Of a stretch of 64,000 bases of DNA, positions 24,401-34,900 are shown in pieces. The DNA comes from Paragordius varius (lineage: Eukaryota; Animalia; Nematomorpha): the NCBI GenBank assembly GCA_964247055.1, contig OZ176050.1, forward strand, positions 12,462,001-12,526,000, in the 5' to 3' direction. Made by a program: the position numbers and the translations under genes. The notes beneath the pieces were generated by a model. It was given only the letters and a program-made list of their open reading frames with translations, did not search any database and was not told the origin of the DNA. Position 1 is the first letter of the stretch. Every line of letters begins with the position of its first letter.

Positions 24401-24538
24401 CATGGCAAAACTGAACCTAAAACGCGAAGACGCCTTAGACAGGGTTCTATGGCGAAATAGTTTACGGATATGACCGCTCGAAAGAGTGATATCATATAAT
24501 GTAATTATTATTATTATTATCATATAATGTAATTATAT
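20979..24538 (+). mobile_element. Full-length RTE-clade non-LTR retrotransposon
   Basis: 19-bp TSD TATAGATAATGTTTTAGAA at 20960-20978 and 24539-24557. ~600-nt 5' region. Short 3' UTR ending in tandem ATCATATAATGTAATTA(TTA)n repeats. Confidence 0.92.
21579..24473 (+). CDS. APE endonuclease + reverse transcriptase ORF (RTE), ~960 aa, intact
   Basis: NVGSL, IQETR, YAPQ, GDFNGHVG, SQIDYIL (APE). KAAGPD, NYRGI, QFGF, DIEKAFD, QGSAISP, YADD (RT). RLRWFGHV and RGKGRP tail. First ATG at 21588. Confidence 0.96.
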   Translation: MFFMSVICKACRPDPASRCTEVGANRDKEGCRMCFASINVGSLKSKLYDLVETMRVKKVNFLCIQETRYRGNGTKTLEGNYKMFYSGSTDGYCGVAIIVCPRFANQVIEVRRADSRIISVDVLLNKRVFTIFSVYAPQIGLTKPEKDKFYDLLDAEMTSLTKDREIIFCGDFNGHVGQDRRGFEPWHGGKGYGVINEEGASLLRFAQSYNFAITNTFFTKRESHLITYESGNKKSQIDYILVLRKSLKFVLDCKVIPNLQISTQHNLIMCKYMTDIPINAKKPKLIAPKVIKWDSLRNSKERFVETVGILERNSDPESVWSQVAKTIREAGVKVCGMKGGRNQVYREAWLKDEKIILKSREKRKAFKTWRFTHQAEDKEKYKRINKELKRLVRLVKKEKTASLYEELNSKQGLNKVFKIARQRQRRKLDLPPYATAIKDKKGKLLVEEAKILKRWKEYFQELELGVSETSLPETPDYKSAHIESITREEVQAGLEEMSINKAAGPDDININCWKILSGKGIEFLADIFNNVVTTGMIPTEWKESFTVPIFKGKGDINDCNNYRGIRLMSHTMKLFEKVLEKRIRKMVSIEGNQFGFIPGKSTIDPIHAVRRLIEKHLEMKKELHGICIDIEKAFDRIPRSTIWWSLRRKKVPESYIKILKSMYESHQTKIKTHQGISGPIKINEGVYQGSAISPLLFIICMDEISKEVGQHDGWYFLYADDLIVLSDELHELKESVGKWIDVLRRCGLKVNKKKTELINFGGKKREIELEEGWVLKGQEECKYLGAILAADGSLTLDINLRIRNSWANYKKISSVLCDKNIDLKVKGKIYSAVVQPTMMYNSQTWAIKKSEERHFEVTEMRMLRVMCGVTRKDKVKNVYIRGSTEIKSVTQKMMVNRLRWFGHVERRDKNYIGKKIDDYIVKGKRGKGRPKTRWIDTVKRDMAKLNLKREDALDRVLWRNSLRI

Positions 24539-24567
24539 TATAGATAATGTTTTAGAACATTTTATAC

Positions 24568-26613
24568 AAGGGCTTCTTAAACTATGGGTCGTGTCACAAG
24601 GATAAAATTAAAATTTAACAAAAAATGTTTTTTAACTTACAAAATCTACATATTTAAAATGGAAAATGCGGCTTTGTGATTTGTTTCCGGAAAACCGGTC
24701 GACCCATTCAAATCCAAATGTCGAAAAGATATATTCATTAATGAATGCCCCGACAATAACTTCACTCTTTTTTTGAATTAGGCCCCCATTTCGGGCCCAT
24801 CCGGTGTAAAAAACGGGTTTTTTGAAGTCCGCAAAAATTGTGTCTTTGAGACAATTATCCTGAAAACGTGTTGGATTAATCGATCTCAAATATATTTTTT
24901 ATTATTGCGCCCAAACATAGTTGGCTCGCTTTTGTACTTTAGGCCCTCTTTTTACCCGCTCCCCCCGTAAAATGCCATTTTTTTCAAAGTAATTAAGTCC
25001 ACAAAAATAATTTTTTGGATCTATTTTTCGCCCAAGGTATGAAACCCTAAAAATTCAATAAGGATTCGAGGTATTCCCTGTTATAAGAAAAATATTTTAG
25101 TCTAGTTTTTTATATTGGCTGCTGGGTAAGGAGATACCCACTAAAAACTTCCCCGTCATATGAAAATAGCGTGCCTTTGGGGCTAAATTTCAGGAAATCT
25201 ATTAGGCCATATGAGTTCAATAGGTGCTTAAAATATTACCCATAGCAAGGCAAAAATTTAGGTCGCACGATTTTTGAAATTAGCCGTTAATTAGACCCTT
25301 CCCTCCCTGAAAAATACGCCACTATAGAAGGATTCTTTACTTTTAAGGCATTTTTTTCCAAAATCTAATGAGAGCATATGGAATTAATAATAATTCCAGG
25401 TATTCTCCGTAAAAAGGTAAAAATTTTAATCAAGCGCTTTTTTGTATCAGCCTTTGGGTAAGGAGCTACCCGTCTAAAACTGCGCCACCATATTAAATTT
25501 GCGTTGTTTAGGAGTAAATTTTCAAAAAACTTATCAGGCCACATAAGTTTAATATAGGCCTGAAATATTACCCGTAAAAAGGCAAAAATTTAAGTAGAAC
25601 GGTTTTATTAAAATAAATTAGGCTCCTTCCCTGAAAAATGCGCCACCATAGAATGACTTTTTGGTTTTGGGGAACCACGAAAGTATATAATATCAATCAT
25701 AATTCCAGGTATTACCGGAATTAAGGCAAAAAATTTAATAGAGCGTTTTTTTGTTTCGCCCCTGGTTAGAGGCTACTCGCGTAAAACTGCGTCATCATAT
25801 CGATACAGCATGCTTTTGGAGCCAAATTTCAGAAAACCTATGAGACTAATAGGGACATATGGAAACCATGATAATTGCAGATATTTTCCATATAAAAGCA
25901 AAAGTTTGGTCCAACGCTTTTTTATAACTGCCCCTGAACAAGGAGCTGCCCGCCAACAACATCGCCACTATATAGAAATTGCTTCGTTTTGGAGCAAATT
26001 TACAGAAAATTTATGAAGCCATATGAGCTTATTAAAAGCTTATTATCCGTAACTAGGTAAAAAAAACCAGGCGCTTTAGCCGTAATTTGGAGCTTTATAC
26101 CCTAAAAATACGCCATCATATAACGATAATTTAGTTTTAAGGTATTATTTCGAAAACCCATGAGACGATGGCATCAAAGATGATTCCAATTTGCCCTATA
26201 AAGGCAAGAATTTAACTCAGCGCTTTTTCCACATATGTCTATGGGTAGATTCTACCGGTTTGAAACTGAGACGCCATACAAAAATGGCGTGGTTTTGGAG
26301 CTAATTTTCAAAAAAATTAATAAGCCATACGAGTTCAGTTAAACACATTTCTGGGAAATTTGTATAATATCATTCTTTCCTTTAAAAATGGACCGCGATC
26401 ATTATAATAATATCTTGTATAAATTTACTATCGATCAGAAGATGTTATAGAAATTTATAAAAAATGTAGATTTATTTTTGTCAATCACTTAGTACCGAAA
26501 TAATCCTGATAAATATTATCAACAAAATTTCTAAGAGATTTTCGAATTGTTGGGGCGTTATGAAACTCGCTATTTTAAATGGGGTCGGAAATACCAAAGA
26601 TTAAGAAGCCCTG
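24568..26613. mobile_element. hAT non-autonomous element carrying an internal tandem array
   Basis: TIR (A/C)AGGGCTTCTTAA at both ends. TSD TTTTATAC vs TTGTATAC (7/8). Confidence 0.7.
24950..26340. repeat. Diverged ~160-bp tandem repeat array, about 8 units, two subtypes
   Basis: Anchor motif AAAA-x-CGCCACCATA at about 25153, 25317, 25483, 25641, 25790, 25963, 26111, 26272 (spacing 148-173). Confidence 0.75.
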
Positions 26614-27356
26614 TTGTATACCATTACTACCATGCTTCAAAATATCATAAAAGTCGCTTCATCAAATTTTGCTAAAAATTTTATCGTTAAGCAATACCTT
26701 TTTCCGAATCTTTTAGATGTCAAACGTTAGCATATATTCAAAATTTTTTTGCACACTCGGCCCTTTAGCCTTTATTTTAAGAGAATTTTCCCATTTTGCC
26801 ATAATTTAAAAAAATATTCCATTGCTTTTTTGGTACTTTGTATGTTTTAGTGATATTTTAGAATGATAAGCTTTCACTACATTTTTTTAACAAAATATGC
26901 GCAGATCTCTTTTTATGATATTGAGAATTGACCACTAAATTGCAAATAACATTCTTAATTCCTTTGTAAGGGCCGAAACTAACAGCACCATAATAATCTT
27001 GATACTTATATTAGGATATTATTTTGCTAGGGTATTTTTTCATACCCTCCGATTTTCGACGCAATGCTAGAAGAATTTTTTAAAAATACGTTATTTTATC
27101 AGGATATTTTTTGTGTGCACAAGGTTCCATATAACTAGGCTTATTAATATTTTTTTACTAATTCTCTAGTAGCATCGCATCAATTCAGTCAAAAATGTTC
27201 CATCCAGAATTACATCAAAAGGCACAATTATATAAAATAACAATTTCCTAGCGTAAATAAGCGCTCAAACATCAAAATAACATGGAAAAGTTTTTATGCA
27301 ACGATGGATATTACCATTGATTATTATTATTATTAAGTATTAGTGAGCAATATTAA

Positions 27357-27892
27357 CACTTCGATTCAAATTGGGTATCTTACCCCAGACTATTTTTATA
27401 TTAATATTTTTAAAAAATTACTGTAGGAAACGGTCCCAATTTAAATGTATGCTTCTATCCTGATAAAAAATATATAAATATGCCAAAATATTTTGATAAA
27501 ATTTTGTTTTGAAAAAAAAGTTCCATCTCAAACTACTTCAACGCCATTTTTATTTTACCAAATTTTTTCAAAATATCGACCTTATTCAATTTTAAGGGTA
27601 AAACTAAAGCTAATTTTTTATATAATGTACATCTAACATTGATAGAAATAGAAAAATCGGTTTATTTTGTATTATTTTTTAATTTTGCAATTTAACAATG
27701 TCACGTTGACGAATTACCTTTCGGTTTTAGCTTAAAACAAGTAATATCAAGTATTTTTAAATAATTTTTTTTATATATTTCGGCTTATTAATGTTATATA
27801 AGCTGTCATGGTTTCGAATACTTCCATTCTTTTTAAAATATTTGATTTTAAACAGCCCTGGTGTATCCAACTACCCCAATTCGATCGAAGGA
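27357..27892. mobile_element. TTAA-flanked MITE (piggyBac/Kolobok-like), copy 2
   Basis: TTAA|CACTTCGATTCAAATTGGG ... CCCAATTCGATCGAAGGA|TTAA. Homologous to 5303-5852. Confidence 0.8.
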
Positions 27893-28983
27893 TTAAAATG
27901 AGTGTATTGTATCTAAGTGTTAATAGTTGGAACGTCAAACAGAAAATTAAAATTCATCTGCTATGTCTTTCACTCAGTTTCAGATGGCATCCATATGTGC
28001 AGAAATGGACTACAATAATGCTATTTACTTTTGGTAAGATTTTTTTTATTTTAACTTATTCATTTATATTGTAATATTTCTAATACAAAATATAACTATA
28101 TTTTACTTATCACGTATTTATATTTATTTTGAAAAACACTCCGAGTTCATGTTTACCATTATCTGATTTTGATTTTTTACGAACGCATGCCAAAAAATCT
28201 TTCGCCTCATTAGCATGAACTCTTGATAGCATGATGCTATTTTTTATATTTTAATGCTTTTATTACCCATAAAAAATATCAAAACAATAAATATGACCAT
28301 AACAATAATATCATTTATGTATAAATCTAATTTCATATTTTAAGCTTTTTATCTCATAAAAAGTTATTTGTTTGTCATATAAATTGTACTTTCAGAGTTC
28401 ATATTCCATTTTTTGTAAACAACGTAACATTTTAATTTTGTTTTTGCAATTTATTTTCTGCCTATATTTCTCGGGGATTACCCTCAATTTTGTTAAAAAC
28501 GTATCTGGCTATTTGCACAATTGTTTCCAGGTACTATAATTTTTGTTTTATCAAATAACACAATTGTTATACTTTCTTTTGTATTTTGTACCATGTGTAT
28601 ACGGGTATAAAAAATTGATTTTCAACAATTTTTACATCAACCAACGTTGGGTGGATAATATAACAATTTAAAATAAATTTCCTTTCCTCTCCAAATATGT
28701 TTAATGCCAATTATTAAATTGATTACCATTTCTGATTCCGAAATACTTAAAAATACCAATTTCGAAGATATATATAACACACCAGGTATTTATCTACCTG
28801 GCGTATTTTTATTATTATTCTGGATGGCGTTTTGTTACATAATTATATATAGTTTGTACTTTTTATAGCTGTAAAATTTTACAACACATTTTTAGGGATA
28901 GTTTATTTAAAATATTTTTATTTAATTTATTTGACTTTTTAGTGGTCGATCATTATACTGCTTGATTTTGGAATAGGGAAAGA

Positions 28984-31900
28984 ATGAAGAAGTCATCACC
29001 TCTCTTAACGGAAAATTCATCGTTATTTTACAGTAAGAATAGCAAAAATTCTGAAACAATCAACTTTAAAAACTCAAATATGAACCATGATGATGATATT
29101 AACATTAACCAATCTTCACCTGATTTTAATCGTAAAAGAATATTAGTAGAGCGCAATACTAATGTTACACCACCATCATACTCGGAAGTACCACAAAATT
29201 TCCTGGTTGGAGATTGTAAAATTCGCAGAATGGGATTATTTCCAAAACACAAGGTAAATTTTTATGCCTAGTTTTATATATGTTAGAATTATTTGCTGTG
29301 ATTAGATGTTTTTATAAGTATTTATACGATAAATTTTTTAACATTTCTATGTAAGTTATAACCTTAACTTGCTTAAAATTAAAGTAAATATTGATATTAA
29401 AAACCCAATATTGTATTGTTACCTTTTTTGTTGTCATCATTGTTTTTACAACATTAAATATCCAATTTTTCGTTTTACCAACTATGCGCTTTCTTTATAA
29501 CGACTCTTTACTAACAAGTAATAATATTGACTCAATCGATTTCTCAATTCACTCATAAGGAAATTTGAGAAAATACTGTGTATAATTTAAACTAGAAAAA
29601 GCGATCTAAAATTCACTTATGAAACCTTAATTAATTTCTTACTATGCACGAACTAAAAATCTATTAACACTCCATGTATATGGTCTAACGATTTGAAATA
29701 TCTTAAAAATAAGGTATTAAGCCGAATTTAAAAATATGCCTTCTTTAGTCTTTTAGGCGCATTATACAAAAGAAATTTTTTCAAAAATGTAAAACTGTAA
29801 AAAATTCTCATCTCATACCTTTTTCCCGCCATTTGTTTCTTTATAATTTTTAAATCGCAATGCAATATGCAAATTTGATGTGCAATATAATCAGAAATGT
29901 AAATAATTAATTAAACAGTTATCAGGCTACATTTTACCAGCAAAAACTTGATATATTTAGATTTTAATATCAGCTGGTCTCGATCGTGTTTTGGAGCTGT
30001 CCCAATTTTAGACTCTAGGAGTCATAAAACTGTAAAAAATGCAAGCTTTTTTATCTAATACATAAGAAATGTTTGATAATTAAGTTTTAACTGAAAATAT
30101 CTCCGAGAAAGGGAATATAAAAATTACTAACTCTACGACCAAGGACAATTTTAGTCCAATTTCACATGAATATAATTTTTGAATTATATTTTATTTTTTT
30201 AGCAAATAACAGCATGAGATAGCCGTTGTTTTGCTTTCGTTCTACGTATTTGCCAATCGCCTTTTCTGCTTACCATAATAAAAATATTTAACAGAAAAAG
30301 CATTAGGTGTTTTTGTTATACCATTACATCTATTATTATTATTATTATCAATGTTGTTATAAGGTACATGAAAACAAAGTTGTTTTTTTCTCTCAAAACA
30401 TATACATACATTTTTTGACATGTATCTTCCAAAAAAACTGAACAAAAACACCTTAACGCTAAAACATATTATCTTTTATATCTATAATCTGCTTTGGAAT
30501 TATTAGCTAATGTTTAAATTGTACACTAAGGTTTAATATGTGTTTGGAGTTGACGTTAAACAATAGCATTTTGTACATTATAAGAAATATTTTAAGTATT
30601 TATTGTTATGTCATCCCTTATAATACATGTATAACTATAACGAAAAAAACCGCACTGTAATTTTATTTTATATTATGTATGAATTGACAAATTATTCATT
30701 ATTATAACCCCTAAAGCTATAATATTAATATTATAATAAGTTTAAAAATGACAATAAGCACACATTAAAGTTTGACAATTAGATACCTTATTATACGATA
30801 TAATGTTATAAGAAATAATTTACAACTTTTTTTGTTAAACGTTTATATGTTTATATATATTTTGTTTTTCAATAAAAAAGCCCTCTAATGATCATTAACG
30901 TCAACAAAATTTTGTTAAAACTAAATAAATTTACACTACGTTGTAACTTTCATAATGTATTGCGTTATTTGGGTCAAAATGTGGGTCTTAAAATTTTATT
31001 TTGGATATTTTCAATAATTTGCATTTAATAAATCATATTTTTTTTAAAAAAATATTTTTAGCATTTTTTATGTTTCAAAACTATTTTAAATTATACAGTA
31101 ACATAAACAAATGTATATTATAAATTTTTTTATGAAAAGTTAAAAAAAAGAAAAGAATAGCACATGGTTAAAAAATTGTGTAAGTAGAAACAACAGAAAA
31201 CATTTATTAAGGGTCGTACATGGTGTAATTACTAGAAAAAAATGTGTTTTTTTACTAAATTTGAAAAAAACAAGATGTATGGTAATTTTCCTATGAGTTA
31301 TTTTTTATACTGCCACACTAGATTGAACTAAAAAATTTATATAAATATTTAAATTTAACTTAAACAGTGTATGGCAAACAATTGAAATACATTTTTTCGC
31401 TTGCTTAATTGATTTAACACTAATTTTTATGCCATTTCTTCTTCTAGTTACTAAATTATAAAACAATGTTTAGTAAAATGTTTATGTTTTAGGTTTATGT
31501 AATAATGGGAGATATAAACAATCAATAAGTAAGGGTAAAAATGTTAATTTATTAATAATTACACGAGTAAATCACAAAATATCAATCATAACACGGTGCA
31601 AAACATATTTGGAACAATATTGCCGTATAATGACGTTAAGTGAGGAAAACAAAAATTTCAAAAAAAACCATGTTTATAATTGTTTTCATTATCCAATTTT
31701 TTTTTCAAAAGTGCTACGTTTAACAAAATTGATTTAGAAAATTCAAAATATTTCTTTAACGACTTTGTTTTGCGTTCCTCACACAAGCGCCTTATTCGGC
31801 AATATTGTTCTAAATTTGTTTTGCACCGTGGTGCTTTGTTATAATGATGTTTTATTTCATGAAAAAAACATTCTATTGGATTTAATTGGGGGGAGTAGGG

Positions 31901-34900
31901 AGGTAAAAACACCAACCTATCCCTTAGGTTTCCAAGCACCGACGCCTTGTGAATCGGTGCGTTATCACAAACAATATACGATTCCTGGGGTAACATAGAC
32001 AACGTTTCTTCCAAAAAATTTTTAAACGAGTCCCCCTTAAAGGAACCCGTTTTGATGTCAAAATTTATGACACCATCACATCCTATCATACATAGGAGTG
32101 ATACATTTTGTCCTATATAATATATTTTCATTATACCTCTTTGGAACCCCTCCACAACCGGAAACTGACCGGATGGGGCATATCCATAAATATTCTTTGG
32201 TTGAAGGGAAAATCCCGCTTCATCCAAGAAGAATATCTTTTCATCGGGTTTGAGGCGCATTCGAAGCGCATAATCATATCTTTTTTGTATAACCTCAAAA
32301 GAATTTCTCTCTCTCGGTTCCAAAATACACCTTTTACGGGTGATTTTCAATTTTTTTAAAATTTTGCGTATTGTTGGTTTCGAAACTTTAAGGGAATCCG
32401 GTAATTGTGAAATTACCTCATCAAACGTAATTTCGCAAGAGTTTTTGTATATCTTTTCAACCAGTTCAATCAAAGCTGGATTATCCAGCTTTGATTTCCT
32501 TCCTGTTTTTTGGGGTTTCGTTTCGATGCCCAAAACCATCTCTCGCCTAAATTTGTTGATGGCTGGAATAGACATATCCAATTTATCAACAAATTCCCGA
32601 GATGGTTTTTCGTTTTCAAATGGATTCGAAAATATTTTGTATGCCTTTTTAATTTTCTCTTCTGTCCAAAAATGATAATCTTTATATTAAAGAGAAATAT
32701 ACTTCTTTTAACTGGAATATCATTACTAGGAGTTTCATCTGCTACCGTATTATTTAAAATACCTGAAAATTATAAAAAAAATAACCCAAGGAGTCGTTAT
32801 ATGAATCTTGAGGACCATCATTAGCATTTGAGCAAACACTAAAATTTGATTCTTCTGAAATTAGGTTATAATCATTATTATGATTGCTGATATCCTCACA
32901 GAAATCATAAATATTGGGTTCATGAATAGTTGGTTCTAGATCTTAACATTGATTATAATTATGTACCCTGTGCTATAACTGAATCAGGAAGAATTGCTGG
33001 TGAAGGTGGGCTTTCATTATTATCAAGATTGTCCAATACGTTAATTCCTTGTAAAATACTATCCATTTTATAAGTAGGATATTTTTGCAAAAATATAAAA
33101 AATAACTCATAGGAAAATTACCATACATCTTGTTTTTTTCAAATTTAGTAAAAAAACACATTTTTTTCTAGTAATTACACCATGTACGACCCTTAATAAA
33201 TGTTTTCTGTTGTTTCTACTTACACAATTTTTTAACCATGTGCTATTCTTTTCTTTTTTTTAACTTTTCATAAAAAAATTTATAATATACATTTGTTTAT
33301 TATACTGTATTTTATAAAAATATTAACATTGGATTTACCTTTTTAAATTTTATGTACAATATGCTTTTTAGATATAAAAATTTAATTTTTTTAACGAAAA
33401 ACTTATATTTTGCCAATTATATCATAATAATAATGACCGTTTGAAAAATCTGGACATTAACTAATGGTTGATTTTTTGCCATCAACCTATAACATTTTCT
33501 TGTATTTTATAAACAAATTTATTTAAATTTATATCTAATTTACCAACCAGAACATAAGCATATAAATTATTATCTATAATTTTTTAATTGGATAATTTTG
33601 TTCAAATTTTTCATATTATTTTAAGCTTTATCATCGATTGCAACTTGACTTTATTTTAGGTTATGTCTTGGTTTTATTATTATACCAATATAAAATACAT
33701 ACTACCTAAATTTTAAACTATGCTTAAATTATCATCAAATAGTTTTTCCCTTTTATACAATAGAAAATGCGAGAAAGACTCTTCATTTTGTGGGAACATT
33801 GTAAGGCACCGTACGATCAATCTAAATTAGAATATTATGAAATATCATCAACCAAAAAGCGGAATTGGATCCAGGCATCACCCTTATTTAAAGCACTTTA
33901 TGAACATTCTCGAAAACATAATTACACGGATAGTAGTGACCAACATCACAAATCATCTGGTTCTTTGATACCTAACTCTTCTTCCATGACATTGAATGAT
34001 ACATCAGATTCTAATGCAATAGAAAAATCGCATACCTTTTCACACAATGGAGGAATCATAAATATGCCAAGGATCAAACGAACATTCTCTCACAGATTAA
34101 TGGGTAAATAAAATTTGCCATATAAAATGGCGATTTTGTATGAGGTTAAAAGTCAGACGATAATTTATTACACTAATAGAAATCAAACATATAGTTTTTA
34201 TATTATAATGTATAAAGTGTATAAAAAATTTAAACTATGTGATTTTTTGTTTTTACCAGTTACATTTTTGAAGATTTTTGAGAAAAATTACAGTTTTCAA
34301 TTAAATATGTACCAATAAAATACAAAATCTCATACATGGCAACAGACCTTAGTTAAATGCCCTCTTAGCCATTTCAAATATGACTTACATACTGTATTGC
34401 ATTTAGAAACATTAAATTATAAATTGTATATATTAAATTTTTTCCCTAAACAGTTACAAATATAATATATCGTCTAAATATATTTAGCCAAAAAATCCGA
34501 TGTGAAATCATCTCCCAATTTACCGAGTTCTCACACCATAGCAGACCCACAACACGGATTAGATTTTATTTGTGAAGACAATTTTGTTAATAAGGATCAT
34601 CATAATCCTGATGGGATTAGTAAGCCTTTAAGTCAATTGAACATAAATCTAGTCTCAGTTCCTTTGAATATTGGTGAAAATCGGGATTTAGCTTCTCAAT
34701 ACATGTCATTTTACCAACAAAACATCAATCATTCAAAACTTAAACCGAAACGCACAATTTTCCTCTGTGATTGTTTTAACATAGGCCCGGCCCAGATGAA
34801 TGCTGAACATCCATACTCACTTGCACAGTGGGCTAACAAAAATTTTGGGTATAATGTGCCTAACGGCCCTAATTTTACTACCAAGCAAAATAATGTCTCT

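Noticed and set aside
31096-33307. Micro-introns as proof of horizontal transfer from a microsporidian or ciliate
   Set aside because: The animal-type SSR4 gene in the same window has the same intron class, so the host itself can splice them. Transfer is possible but not required.
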